This document shows, piece by piece, positions 9,976-18,785 of a DNA stretch of 64,000 nucleotides. The stretch's first letter is position 1; every line of letters begins with the position of its first letter. The notes beneath the pieces were generated by a model, which did not search any database, was not told the origin of the DNA, and saw only the letters and a program-made list of their open reading frames with translations. Source of the DNA: a virus. Its lineage: Duplodnaviria > Caudoviricetes. A program made the position numbers and the translations under genes. The DNA is taken from positions 1,582-65,581 of the IMG/VR virus record IMGVR_UViG_3300036841_000085. One strand, written 5' to 3'.

Positions 9976-10430
9976 TGCAATCATTCCAGACCGTGACCAT
10001 CGGCGGCCACCTGGGTAACGACGCTGAGCAGCGATACACCCAGGACGGCGTGATGGTTATCCGATTCAACGTGGCAGTCGGCTGGCGCCGGCCCAACCGC
10101 GACAACAAGGACGAATGGGAGGACAAAACGTCCTGGTATTCGGTCTCGCTGACCGGCCGCCGCGCCGAGAGCCAGGCACCCAGGCTGACCAAGGGTACCG
10201 CCGTGGTGGTCACCGGTCGGCTGCAGCCCGACATCTGGATAGACCGCAACAACGAGTCGCGCCTGGACCTGAACCTATTCGCGTTTGACGTGGTCATTGC
10301 CGACCGCAGCGAGCGCCAGGACGACGGCAACAACGGTGACCGACCCGCCCGCCGCCAGGAGCCAGCCGCCGCTCGCCAGGAGCGCCGCAGCAACGAGCGA
10401 GTCGATGACCTAGAGGATCTCCCGTTCTGA
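9975..10430 (+). CDS. ssb: single-stranded DNA-binding protein
   Basis: OB-fold motifs (IGGHLGNDAE, KGTAVVVTGRL) and C-terminal DLEDLPF. Confidence 0.95.
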   Translation: MQSFQTVTIGGHLGNDAEQRYTQDGVMVIRFNVAVGWRRPNRDNKDEWEDKTSWYSVSLTGRRAESQAPRLTKGTAVVVTGRLQPDIWIDRNNESRLDLNLFAFDVVIADRSERQDDGNNGDRPARRQEPAAARQERRSNERVDDLEDLPF

Positions 10431-10873
10431 TGTACTACAGCAACAAGCGACAGCTAGTGTTCACAGGGTTCCGCATCCCGGAGCCCGACCGTGATCTGGA
10501 CCAGGCCAGCGAGACCTGCGTCCTGGTCACCGCCACCTATCAGGTCGACGGGCAATGGGAAGCCCGCGACACCAGGCAGCTGCCCCACCTGTGCAAGCAG
10601 AACAGCCCACGTGCCCTGGCTTTCGTCCGTCGCTTTGGCTGCCACAGCCCGGACGGGTTCAACTGGGGCTACCACGGCAGCGGCCCGGCCGAACTCGCCC
10701 TGATGTTGCTATTGCAGATCGGCCTGCGTGACGAGACCGCCTGGGACCTGCACCAGCGATTCAAGGATGAAGTCATCGCCAAGCTGCCGCAGCTAGGACC
10801 ATGGGTGCTGCCCGAGTATGTGGTCCGTGATTGGGTGACCCTCAATGACCGAGCGACGGCCGACACGCACTGA
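10430..10873 (+). CDS. DUF6166-like protein
   Basis: HSPDGFNWGYHGSGPAELALMLL and LHQRFK motifs. Confidence 0.8.
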   Translation: MYYSNKRQLVFTGFRIPEPDRDLDQASETCVLVTATYQVDGQWEARDTRQLPHLCKQNSPRALAFVRRFGCHSPDGFNWGYHGSGPAELALMLLLQIGLRDETAWDLHQRFKDEVIAKLPQLGPWVLPEYVVRDWVTLNDRATADTH

Positions 10874-11195
10874 CCGGCACTCAGTCATTTGCACCAGCTG
10901 CAAGCGACTGATTGCCACGGTCGACGTACACGTCACCACCAACCGTCAGGGCGACTCGAACGCCAACACCATGGCTCGCATCCTGCGGGCCGTCAGGTGC
11001 TACGACTGCTTCCGCATCGCGCCCGACCTGCTACCCAGCGCCGCGCCGGAGGATGCCACGGCCAGTGACCCACTGACGCCAGAAGAGGAAGCGGCCAGGC
11101 ACCCGCTGTACTCGGAGGCCGACGAGCCAGACCCGGACGACGAACTGCGCGAGTTGGCTCGCCGCCTCAACCAGGCTCTGGGTAAGCGCCGCTGA
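10845..11195 (+). CDS. zinc-ribbon hypothetical protein
   Basis: CTSC...CYDC; last gene of + strand block. Confidence 0.6.
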   Translation: MTERRPTRTDRHSVICTSCKRLIATVDVHVTTNRQGDSNANTMARILRAVRCYDCFRIAPDLLPSAAPEDATASDPLTPEEEAARHPLYSEADEPDPDDELRELARRLNQALGKRR

Positions 11196-11219
11196 CACCA
11201 CCATCGAGCCCAGGCTTCA

Positions 11220-11301
11220 CCGGAGCCCTTCCGGACGGCCTCCCTTCGCAGACGGCTGCTTGGCCGCCCGGACGAACGGAGGCCGTTTCCTTGCCCTCCG
11301 G
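11220..11301. repeat. 82-bp dispersed CCGGA-N72-TCCGG element (intergenic copy)
   Basis: CCGGA 11220, CCGGA 11231, TCCGG 11297; shares GAGGCCGTTTCCTTGCCCTCCGGTG with the copy at 60838. Confidence 0.85.
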
Positions 11302-11334
11302 TGGGCCTCCCTTGTCAAGCCGGCCGCTATCGGC

Positions 11335-11559
11335 TCAGCGACGGATGCGGCCGACGCCATAGTCCACGCCGCGACCCAGCCAGACACCCACAATGAACAC
11401 CACGATGTTGAACGCCGTGGTGTTGACGATGGCTTCCGTGGGCGTGGCTATCAGCCAGAAACACAGCACCAGCGCCACTATTGATATGACAGCCTGGATG
11501 CCGAGCGAGTAATACGCGAATCGATCGTTCGATTTATCGTCCGACTCGTCGGTCGGCAT
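11335..11559 (-). CDS. holin-like membrane protein
   Basis: Two hydrophobic segments, basic C-terminus, end of lysis cassette. Confidence 0.7.
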   Translation of the reverse strand: MPTDESDDKSNDRFAYYSLGIQAVISIVALVLCFWLIATPTEAIVNTTAFNIVVFIVGVWLGRGVDYGVGRIRR

Positions 11560-11564
11560 GAATG

Positions 11565-11735
11565 CTACAGGAAGGAAGCCATGAACAGCGCCAGTCCCAG
11601 CGGCAGGAAGTCCAGCGGCAGACCGACTGCCACGTGCAGCGCTGCGATTACCTCACAGATGATAGCCAGGCAGACCAGGATGATGCGCCATGGATGGCCG
11701 ATGTAGTAGCGGACCGGTGCTGGTTGGATGCTCAT
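11565..11735 (-). CDS. small two-TM protein (second holin or antiholin candidate)
   Basis: Hand-translated MSIQPAPVRYYIGHPWRIILVCLAIICEVIAALHVAVGLPLDFLPLGLALFMASFL; below the ORF-track cutoff. Confidence 0.65.
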   Translation of the reverse strand: MSIQPAPVRYYIGHPWRIILVCLAIICEVIAALHVAVGLPLDFLPLGLALFMASFL

Positions 11736-11738
11736 GCT

Positions 11739-12293
11739 TTACCTCAGCAGAACGGCTTTCCAGGAGCCAGCCCACGCGTTCCACTGCCCACGGCTGACCA
11801 ACTCGTAGATGCCCTTGTAACCCTGGGCGCTGTTGGCTACCCAGATGCAGCCCTGGCTCACGCCACGGATGCCGACGAAGTGATACCAACGGGTCGAGTT
11901 GAGCACGCCGGCGGTCTCCTGCGCCAGGGCGTACATGCGGTCGAAGCTACCTGGCCATTCGGTGTAGGCGTCCACGCCGTACCGCTCGAACACCCGCTCC
12001 AGGCAGTTGGTGTCCATCAGGCCGACCTGCGGGTTGACGCACTGCGGGTAGCCAATATCGTAGGCGATCGACTCCCTGGCCGCGTTGATGTCCAGCCCGG
12101 TGGCCTGCAGTACCCAGGTCGTACTGGCGATGCTGCACGTCCAGTCGTACACCTGCGGCGCCATGTACAGCCAGCGATGCTCGTCAAAGTATAACCGCCA
12201 ACCGCTGGGACCGGGCGTGATCGGCTCAGGTAGTGGCTCTGGCTCTGGCTGCTTCTCGTAGCCAGGTGGCGCAAAGACCGCCGTGCTAACCAT
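11739..12293 (-). CDS. C39-like cysteine peptidase, putative endolysin catalytic unit
   Basis: Q-x4-C (QVYDWTCS), H (WYHFVG), N (VANS) papain-like residues; next to holins. Confidence 0.8.
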   Translation of the reverse strand: MVSTAVFAPPGYEKQPEPEPLPEPITPGPSGWRLYFDEHRWLYMAPQVYDWTCSIASTTWVLQATGLDINAARESIAYDIGYPQCVNPQVGLMDTNCLERVFERYGVDAYTEWPGSFDRMYALAQETAGVLNSTRWYHFVGIRGVSQGCIWVANSAQGYKGIYELVSRGQWNAWAGSWKAVLLR

Positions 12294-12528
12294 TCGCTAT
12301 ATACGCCCCGTCTGTCTCGTTCCAGCCCAGCACGATACCGCCCGAGAAGCCTTGCTGGACACCCGCTTCGGTCTCGGTCTCTTTGGTGCACGGCAGGCCT
12401 GGGTTCATAGTGGCCGGGTCGTTGCGAAGCTCGCGCCAGAACTTGTAGATGGCAGCGTCCGGGTTGAACTCCAGATCCGGCACGATGGCCACCCACAGCA
12501 GATGGTCGATGTAACTGCCAGGGCTCAT
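12286..12528 (-). CDS. single LGFP-like repeat protein, putative cell-wall-binding unit
   Basis: IYKFW...GLPCTKE....GVQQGFSGGIVLGW....GAY resembles the LGFP repeat; GGAGG RBS before ATG 12528. Confidence 0.65.
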   Translation of the reverse strand: MSPGSYIDHLLWVAIVPDLEFNPDAAIYKFWRELRNDPATMNPGLPCTKETETEAGVQQGFSGGIVLGWNETDGAYIANG

Positions 12529-12593
12529 GCAAACCCTCCCTTGCCAGCGTAGCAGGGCGACCGTGTCACGACAAGCCTGATACAATGGCGAGC

Positions 12594-13307
12594 ATGACGA
12601 GCAGCCCATCGCCGCCCATTGAGCGCACCTACGTGCCATCCTTCCAGCCCAGCTACAATGGCTACCAGTTCGCGGCCGACGCACTGCAGGTACCTGTGGT
12701 CCAGGTGTCGCTGGCGTCCGTGCAGCCCAGTGAAGCTGGCGACATCGGCATGACGCTGACGGTAGCCGACTATTTCGACGCCGGCCAGCAGCCACCGCAG
12801 GACACCGACGCGCCAGCGTCTGGCGATGACCTGTTCAACCTGATTGCCAATCGCCAGGCCGGCAGCGCCGAGCACGACCCACAACGGGCCGATTATATCC
12901 ACCAGATCATGAGTCCGCAGACACCCGACAGCGACCCAGCCGGCGACCTGTCGTACCTGGACACCGCCAGCCGCGCCAGGGCGATGCTAAGCTCGCTGCC
13001 CAGGATCGAGCAGGACCTGCGCCTGGGCATCCTGGTGCAGCTGACGCTGTGCTACGCCGTCGACATCGACCCACGCGTGGTGGATGCCAACAGCCGCAAC
13101 GTGCTCGCCTGGGCGTACGGCCTGCATACTGACCCTGACACCTTGTACTTGTGGGTATATGACCCGTATCAGCCAGGCCGCGATGACATGCGCTTGGACA
13201 TCCTGATCACGCCGCCCGCCCAGCCGCTGGTTATGAGCTACACCGACGCAACCATGCCGGTGCTGGGCTTCTTCCGCATGTCGTACTCGCCGCAGCCAGT
13301 CTCCTAA
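12594..13307 (+). CDS. antisense moron, papain-like fold with apparently lost catalytic residues
   Basis: Own extended -10 TGATACAAT 7 nt upstream (leaderless); FQPSYNGYQF, VLAWAY, WVYDP motifs. Confidence 0.7.
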   Translation: MTSSPSPPIERTYVPSFQPSYNGYQFAADALQVPVVQVSLASVQPSEAGDIGMTLTVADYFDAGQQPPQDTDAPASGDDLFNLIANRQAGSAEHDPQRADYIHQIMSPQTPDSDPAGDLSYLDTASRARAMLSSLPRIEQDLRLGILVQLTLCYAVDIDPRVVDANSRNVLAWAYGLHTDPDTLYLWVYDPYQPGRDDMRLDILITPPAQPLVMSYTDATMPVLGFFRMSYSPQPVS

Positions 13308-13756
13308 CTGGAGGCTTCTCCGGAGCCCACGGAGACCGCCTGGCCGTTCGAACGGCTGCTGGCAGCTTCGCTGGCGTCCAGGCCGTCCGGTGGGGCTCCG
13401 GAGGGGCTCTCCGTGGCTTCCGGCTCCAGCGGCTTGTCGCTGGGCTTGAGCACGGCATCGCAGAAGGTCAGTATGCGCCTATCGACCATCGCCCAGGGCA
13501 TCTTGTTGACCTTCTCTTTGAGGGTCTCCCAGTCGGCATCTTCCAGGGCGAGCACATCGCCACTGGCGGCGTCTAGCGCGTCCATGACCCGGATGCTCTT
13601 GCGCATCTCGTCGATGGTGGCACCTGCCTGGCGATCCAGCGGCGAGCGCAGCGCCGCCATGACCAGCTGGCGATAGTCGACCAGGTTGGCCACCGCTTCG
13701 GGCGTGCCTGGTTCGAAGCGAGTATCGGGCTCGACCAATAGTCGTATGTACTTCAT
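13304..13756 (-). CDS. tail-fibre-associated hypothetical protein
   Basis: Coupled to tail fibre gene (ATGA overlap). Confidence 0.75.
   Translation of the reverse strand: MKYIRLLVEPDTRFEPGTPEAVANLVDYRQLVMAALRSPLDRQAGATIDEMRKSIRVMDALDAASGDVLALEDADWETLKEKVNKMPWAMVDRRILTFCDAVLKPSDKPLEPEATESPSGAPPDGLDASEAASSRSNGQAVSVGSGEASS
13320..13401. repeat. 82-bp dispersed element inside 3' end of the 13304-13756 gene
   Basis: CCGGA 13320, TCCGG 13397, central ACGGCTGC. Confidence 0.8.
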
Positions 13757-15744
13757 CGAGTACCTCCTGCTAGCTGACTCTTGAGATCCGCCACCTGGCT
13801 GGTCAGGTTAGCCAGCGCCATGTCAGTCTCCGACACGTGCTGCTTGACCGCCTCCCACAGCACGGCCGTGACACGCGAGTAATCCATCGATTCGGCTCTG
13901 CCTTCGTGATCAGTATGCACGATGCCCATGTCCTGGACGTGCGGCAGCCAGTTATCAGCCACAAACCCCACCTGGCGAGAGCGCCGGCCGCTGGGTCGAT
14001 GCGGCCCGCCCTTGCGGTCCGGGTCTCCAATGTGGTCGATATTGTCGTACGACACACCGTGGAGGTCGTCGTGACGCACCAGGTCGAGCGCTCCATGTAG
14101 GTGGGCGACATTCTCCTTGAAACGGCTGGCGCTCCAGGTACGCCACGCGTTAGCCAGGCCAGAGCCGGTGTAGTCACCGTTGTTGGGCGCCAGGAATGCG
14201 TTCTGGTTGCCGCCGCTTGGTGCTCCGTTGTAGCTGTTGTACGCCGCGTGCTGGTAGTAGCCACGGAAGTTGGCGAAATGGCAGTCGGCGTTGCAGTACG
14301 TCTCGCCGCTGGGCGCCGCCACCTGAAAAATGATGTTGCTGCCGCTCCGGACATAGAACGTGGCAGACACGCTGAGGTCGCCAGCGATCGACGCACCGTA
14401 GGACAGGAACGACCGCGAGCAGGTGATGTTCGTGCCATCGAAGCTCAGATAGGTGTCGCCACGGTTGCCCAGGTACACGGTCGACGTCAGTACGTTGGGA
14501 TTCACGTGCAGGTAGGTGTTATCCCAGTTCAGACCGATGCCGGCATTATTGACCAGCCATATGGTGCTGCCCGACGTGCCGATGCCGGAGCCACCGGTAG
14601 ATCGAACCCAAGTACCATCCCAGGACCAGTACGCCGCCGCTCCTGCAAATATGAACATGTTGCCGTTAGACTGGACGCCGTGCGTGGCTGTGATGTAGCC
14701 GGTCCAAGTCCAGTTGATGCCGCCATTATGCGCGAAATAATATACGCCCGAGCCAGAGTCCACACCTTGACCGGCCGTGATCTGGCCGCCGCTGTTGATG
14801 GCAGCATTGACCTGCAGGTTGCCGGTGATGGTCGACGAGCCGTTGATAGTCTCGTTGCCATTGCAGGTGAAGCCAGCCGCCGCCAGGACGCCGGGCGTGA
14901 CGGTCAGCTGGTTGATCTGCACGTAGCCGCCGCCGTAGTCGCGGATGTAACTGCCACTTGGGTAGTTGATGATGCCACCGGTGCTAATGGTCAGCTGCAC
15001 GGACAAGGGCAGGGTACCCGAGCCCGCCGGCGCCGTCATGTACGTGATGCCGCTATTACTGGCGATCCAGATAGCTGACGGCGACGTGGCATCGTAGCGC
15101 TGCCAGTTACTACCGTCCCAGTAGGCATTGCCGGCCAGGTGGCTGCCCGCCCTGGACGACAGGAACACGTACTGATTGGGCGAGCCGACCACGATGCTGG
15201 ACGCCACGCCGGCCACACTAGAACCGCCCGACACGTTGTAGCTGGCCGCGTTGAGACTGCCACTGATAGTCCCGTTGCCGACCGTGACGGTATTACCCTG
15301 ATCATCGACCGACCACAGCGCGACGGGCGTTGACTGGGCGTCCAGTAGAGTGGCGATCTCATACACGCCAGCCCCAGCGTTGGTGGTGGTGCGAGCCCTG
15401 GCAATGAATGAGCGCTGGTGGTCACCAGTGTCATAGGCATGCGCCCGCAGCACCAGCCGCTCGCCAGTCTGCACGCCGGCCGCGCTGAGCGCTCCAGGGT
15501 CGAGCAGGAGGCCCGGCGTGTCGGTCGCCACACGCACCGTCTGCGTACCGGTGAAGGTGTTGGCTCCGAACAGGGCGTGGCCTGAGTGCGGCGCCGCCGC
15601 TGCCGCGTGCGCCGTCCAGCCATTGTGCTCCACCAGGACGCCAGCGTCCACCTTGGTAAAGCTGGAGTTGGTGTTGGCCTGCTCGTCGAATAGCTCGTTG
15701 TCGGCTGGCAGGTACAGCCCCAAGTAGCCGGTTATGGTGCCCAA
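13753..15744 (-). CDS. tail fibre with C-terminal intramolecular chaperone (peptidase S74-like)
   Basis: Gly/Ser/Thr beta-rich body; SASRFKENV...GFVAD...DYSRVTAVLWEAVK then coiled coil. Confidence 0.9.
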   Translation of the reverse strand: MGTITGYLGLYLPADNELFDEQANTNSSFTKVDAGVLVEHNGWTAHAAAAAPHSGHALFGANTFTGTQTVRVATDTPGLLLDPGALSAAGVQTGERLVLRAHAYDTGDHQRSFIARARTTTNAGAGVYEIATLLDAQSTPVALWSVDDQGNTVTVGNGTISGSLNAASYNVSGGSSVAGVASSIVVGSPNQYVFLSSRAGSHLAGNAYWDGSNWQRYDATSPSAIWIASNSGITYMTAPAGSGTLPLSVQLTISTGGIINYPSGSYIRDYGGGYVQINQLTVTPGVLAAAGFTCNGNETINGSSTITGNLQVNAAINSGGQITAGQGVDSGSGVYYFAHNGGINWTWTGYITATHGVQSNGNMFIFAGAAAYWSWDGTWVRSTGGSGIGTSGSTIWLVNNAGIGLNWDNTYLHVNPNVLTSTVYLGNRGDTYLSFDGTNITCSRSFLSYGASIAGDLSVSATFYVRSGSNIIFQVAAPSGETYCNADCHFANFRGYYQHAAYNSYNGAPSGGNQNAFLAPNNGDYTGSGLANAWRTWSASRFKENVAHLHGALDLVRHDDLHGVSYDNIDHIGDPDRKGGPHRPSGRRSRQVGFVADNWLPHVQDMGIVHTDHEGRAESMDYSRVTAVLWEAVKQHVSETDMALANLTSQVADLKSQLAGGTR

Positions 15745-15753
15745 GTCTGCCTC

Positions 15754-16365
15754 CTACATCGCTGTAGTCTTGATCTGGCCGTAGGTCAGGCCGAGCGCCT
15801 TCAGCTGGCCGTAAGTGTACGGATGGCGTTTGATGTCGGCGTACGTGGTGTACCTGTACACGTATTGTATGTCGTACGCCGTGGGTATGCGCTGACGGAT
15901 CTGATTTTGCACGTCGGTAGCGTTGGCCGGCACGCCACGCACACCCATGAACTGAATGATGATGACATACTTAGCGAAATCAGGCACGACCTGAATATCA
16001 CCGAACTGGAAGGCTGTGGCCGTCGACCTGATGCGCTGGATGGTGGACGTGCCCAGGTTGCGCTTCTGCGCCACCAGCCGGTCCTGGCGCTGGGCGATGG
16101 GCAGCGTGGGCGCCGGCACCAAGCCCCAGTCCTGCTCCTGCGTCTGCATTGTCCAGGTCGCCTGTCGAGCGAATGTTTGATTGACAGCGTCGGTCATCGC
16201 GTCCCGCAGTAGCTGGAACTCTTGGGTAAGCGTACCCACTATCCGCCGCATCATGGAGCCCGGCGCGTACGTGGTCCAGGGAATGTAGCGCTGTAGGCGC
16301 CGCCCAACCACCGTTGTCACCCACGGTGGCATGTCCGTACGCCAGTCCCAGGGCTGCTGGCTCAT
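15754..16365 (-). CDS. baseplate protein (XkdU/YmfQ, DUF2313-like)
   Basis: QTFARQATWTMQTQEQDWGL motif; follows baseplate J. Confidence 0.8.
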   Translation of the reverse strand: MSQQPWDWRTDMPPWVTTVVGRRLQRYIPWTTYAPGSMMRRIVGTLTQEFQLLRDAMTDAVNQTFARQATWTMQTQEQDWGLVPAPTLPIAQRQDRLVAQKRNLGTSTIQRIRSTATAFQFGDIQVVPDFAKYVIIIQFMGVRGVPANATDVQNQIRQRIPTAYDIQYVYRYTTYADIKRHPYTYGQLKALGLTYGQIKTTAM

Positions 16366-17996
16366 ACCGGCGTTCCAGAGATGGTGCAGTAGCGCAGCAC
16401 GGCGACCTGCTCAGGCAGGACGCTGATGTTGGCTTGGGCGCCGTTGATGGTCAAGCTCGAAAAAGTATAGCTGGCCACACCCGGCGTGCGGAAGACTACA
16501 TCGCCCATGGCGCCGGCTTGCACCAACTGACTCAGCCCGGTGCCGAACGGAATACCCGCCAGGTATGCCGTCAGGTTGGCTCGAATGGCGGCCCGCACCG
16601 CCGCCGGGTCGTAGCCTGGCAAGTACACCACGGTGACCACGAAATCGATGTTCAACTGCTGGGCCGCCTGGCAGCGCAGCCGCACGAAGCCAGGCATGAA
16701 GTTGTCGATATCCTCACGCTGAGTAGCCGAGCGCCAGTGTAGCGCGTCCAGGTACACGTCGGTGGTGGTGTCGTTGCCACCGCCCGACAGCCTGGTAATG
16801 CGTAGCTCCGTCTGATGCAGCATGTCCACCCAGGCATCGCCGGTGTATAGCTCCGTAAACAGGGTCGGCAACTGGGCGGCCGTCACCGTGACCAGGCTGG
16901 ACGCGGTACCCAGCGGCGTGGTCCACGCCCAGCCGCCGCTGGTGTAGTCCCATACACCGACAGTCAGCAGGTTGCCAGCGCCCGGAGCACCAACCAGCTT
17001 GAACACTGGTAGCAACTCCCAAATGGTGTTCTGCGGCAGCCAGGTCTGCAGCGTCGGCATGACTATCGACGCGGTCGAGCCCGGCGGCAGCCGTACGCTG
17101 GCTCCGAAGGCCGAGTCGGGCTGGTTGGTGACCACCACGGCGCCCGACGCCAGGGTGAGCAGCGAAGCCTGGAAGGTATAGCGCCAGGGCTGCGACAGGG
17201 CGTCCCTGACCGCCTCCCTGGTCACCGTTGACACCGGCAGGTGGTTGGTGTCGATCAGCGTCACCCGCACTTCGCCAGGCGGCACCGCTGTTGGTATGTT
17301 GCCCTGGTTGGCGTACATGATCTCGACGCCGCCCACGCCCGCCACGGTGAGCGCCTGGTTACGGATCTCCGCCCGGTTGCCAGACACGCTCTTCTGCGAG
17401 CGAGCTAGCTGAATCCGAGCCCGCAGGTGGTCGTCTGTCTCCTGGTCGGCGCCGCCAGCCATGGGCGTGGTGTTGATAACGGCACTGATGCCATTCACCT
17501 GGTCGATCAGACGGATGACCGCGCCGGTCGGCTGGTTGCCGGCCGAGCCCGCCACGGTCGCGGCGGCCAGTACCGAGAAGTTGTTTACGCCTGACGGAAT
17601 GGTGATAGCTGACAGCGTCGAATAGGTGACGCCGGTGGCCGTGCCCACCCTGGTACCGACAGGAATGACCGTACCGGCCGGACCGGTGAACTGCACCGTG
17701 CCCTGCGCCGCCACCGCCGCAATCCTGGGCGTGGCGCCCGACTCGTCAGCCAGGGCGTCCAGGTCGGAGCCGGTGGCCGTGTCCAGGAACACCCGCTGAT
17801 ACAGGCGCTGCGGCATGTAGGCGGCCTGCGCCAACTCCTGGGCCGCCACCGACAGTACGTCATCCTCCCACGACCCGGTGTCCAGGTCGAGCCCGCTGAT
17901 TACCAGGGCGTCGGCCACCAGCCGGTTCTTGATGGCCGCAGACGTCACCTGGGCTGGCTGTTGATAGAGTGGGCTCTGCGTGTCCGAGAAGGTCAT
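16362..17996 (-). CDS. baseplate J-like protein (XkdT) with internal insertion
   Basis: FLDTATGSDLD, GTVIPVGT, GGADQETDDHLRAR motifs. Confidence 0.92.
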   Translation of the reverse strand: MTFSDTQSPLYQQPAQVTSAAIKNRLVADALVISGLDLDTGSWEDDVLSVAAQELAQAAYMPQRLYQRVFLDTATGSDLDALADESGATPRIAAVAAQGTVQFTGPAGTVIPVGTRVGTATGVTYSTLSAITIPSGVNNFSVLAAATVAGSAGNQPTGAVIRLIDQVNGISAVINTTPMAGGADQETDDHLRARIQLARSQKSVSGNRAEIRNQALTVAGVGGVEIMYANQGNIPTAVPPGEVRVTLIDTNHLPVSTVTREAVRDALSQPWRYTFQASLLTLASGAVVVTNQPDSAFGASVRLPPGSTASIVMPTLQTWLPQNTIWELLPVFKLVGAPGAGNLLTVGVWDYTSGGWAWTTPLGTASSLVTVTAAQLPTLFTELYTGDAWVDMLHQTELRITRLSGGGNDTTTDVYLDALHWRSATQREDIDNFMPGFVRLRCQAAQQLNIDFVVTVVYLPGYDPAAVRAAIRANLTAYLAGIPFGTGLSQLVQAGAMGDVVFRTPGVASYTFSSLTINGAQANISVLPEQVAVLRYCTISGTPV

Positions 17997-18003
17997 ACCT
18001 GCC

Positions 18004-18453
18004 TCACGCGAAGTTGAACTTGGTCACTATGACGAACGGCGCACCACGCACCGGCACCGGCACGCAGGACACCGAACAGGTGCCAGCTACCGACCAGTCG
18101 AACACGAAGTTATCCACCCGCAGCGTGCGCCTGCTCCTGGTCAACGTGTAGTAGATGCGGTGGCGCAGGTCGGCCTCCGCTACCGCTCGCGGCCAGCTAT
18201 TCTTGAGCACGGCCAGGTGGATACCGTGGTTGCGCGGGTAGATCGGGTAGGCAGTCTGCTGGGTCTGCAGCGCCTTCAAACACCATTGCTGCCAGGCAGT
18301 GTAGCCGTCAGCCATAACCATGGCGCCGGTGTAGTCTCGCACGTGGTCGCCCAACTCGAAATCGAACAGCGGCGCCGGCGGAAAGGGTATGGGTTGCGAG
18401 CGGACCGGCGCCTGCTTGGGAATAGGGAATGTCGGGCTAATGAGCGTCGGCAC
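18004..18453 (-). CDS. baseplate wedge protein (XkdS/DUF2634, gp25-like)
   Basis: FDFELGD, QWCLKALQT..YPIY..HG motifs. Confidence 0.85.
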   Translation of the reverse strand: MPTLISPTFPIPKQAPVRSQPIPFPPAPLFDFELGDHVRDYTGAMVMADGYTAWQQWCLKALQTQQTAYPIYPRNHGIHLAVLKNSWPRAVAEADLRHRIYYTLTRSRRTLRVDNFVFDWSVAGTCSVSCVPVPVRGAPFVIVTKFNFA

Positions 18454-18766
18454 TGGTCACCATCCTGTCGTAGTCTTTAGCCCGGTGGCAGTTAGCACAC
18501 AGCAGCTGCACTTCCTCTATTTCCACCATGTCGAGCAGTGACTGCAGATACAGCAGGCGGTTACCGACGTGGCCCGGGTTCTTCTTCCACTGGCTGCCGC
18601 CTCCATTTACGTGGTCAAGGTCGAGCAGCGTCGGCTCTGACACCTGACAGACGCCCTGATGCCACACACAACCCGAACACGAGCACCGGCTACCCAACAA
18701 GTCCAACAGCTTAGCGCGTAGCTCCTGGCGACGCCTGCGTTTGTAGTCCGTCGACGCCGTAGTCAC
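18437..18766 (-). CDS. HNH-type homing endonuclease
   Basis: LGSRCSC...LDLDHVNGGG...QLLCANCHRAK; GTG start at 18766. Confidence 0.85.
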   Translation of the reverse strand: MTTASTDYKRRRRQELRAKLLDLLGSRCSCSGCVWHQGVCQVSEPTLLDLDHVNGGGSQWKKNPGHVGNRLLYLQSLLDMVEIEEVQLLCANCHRAKDYDRMVTSADAH

Positions 18767-18785
18767 GGATTGGCCAGGGTCGGCA

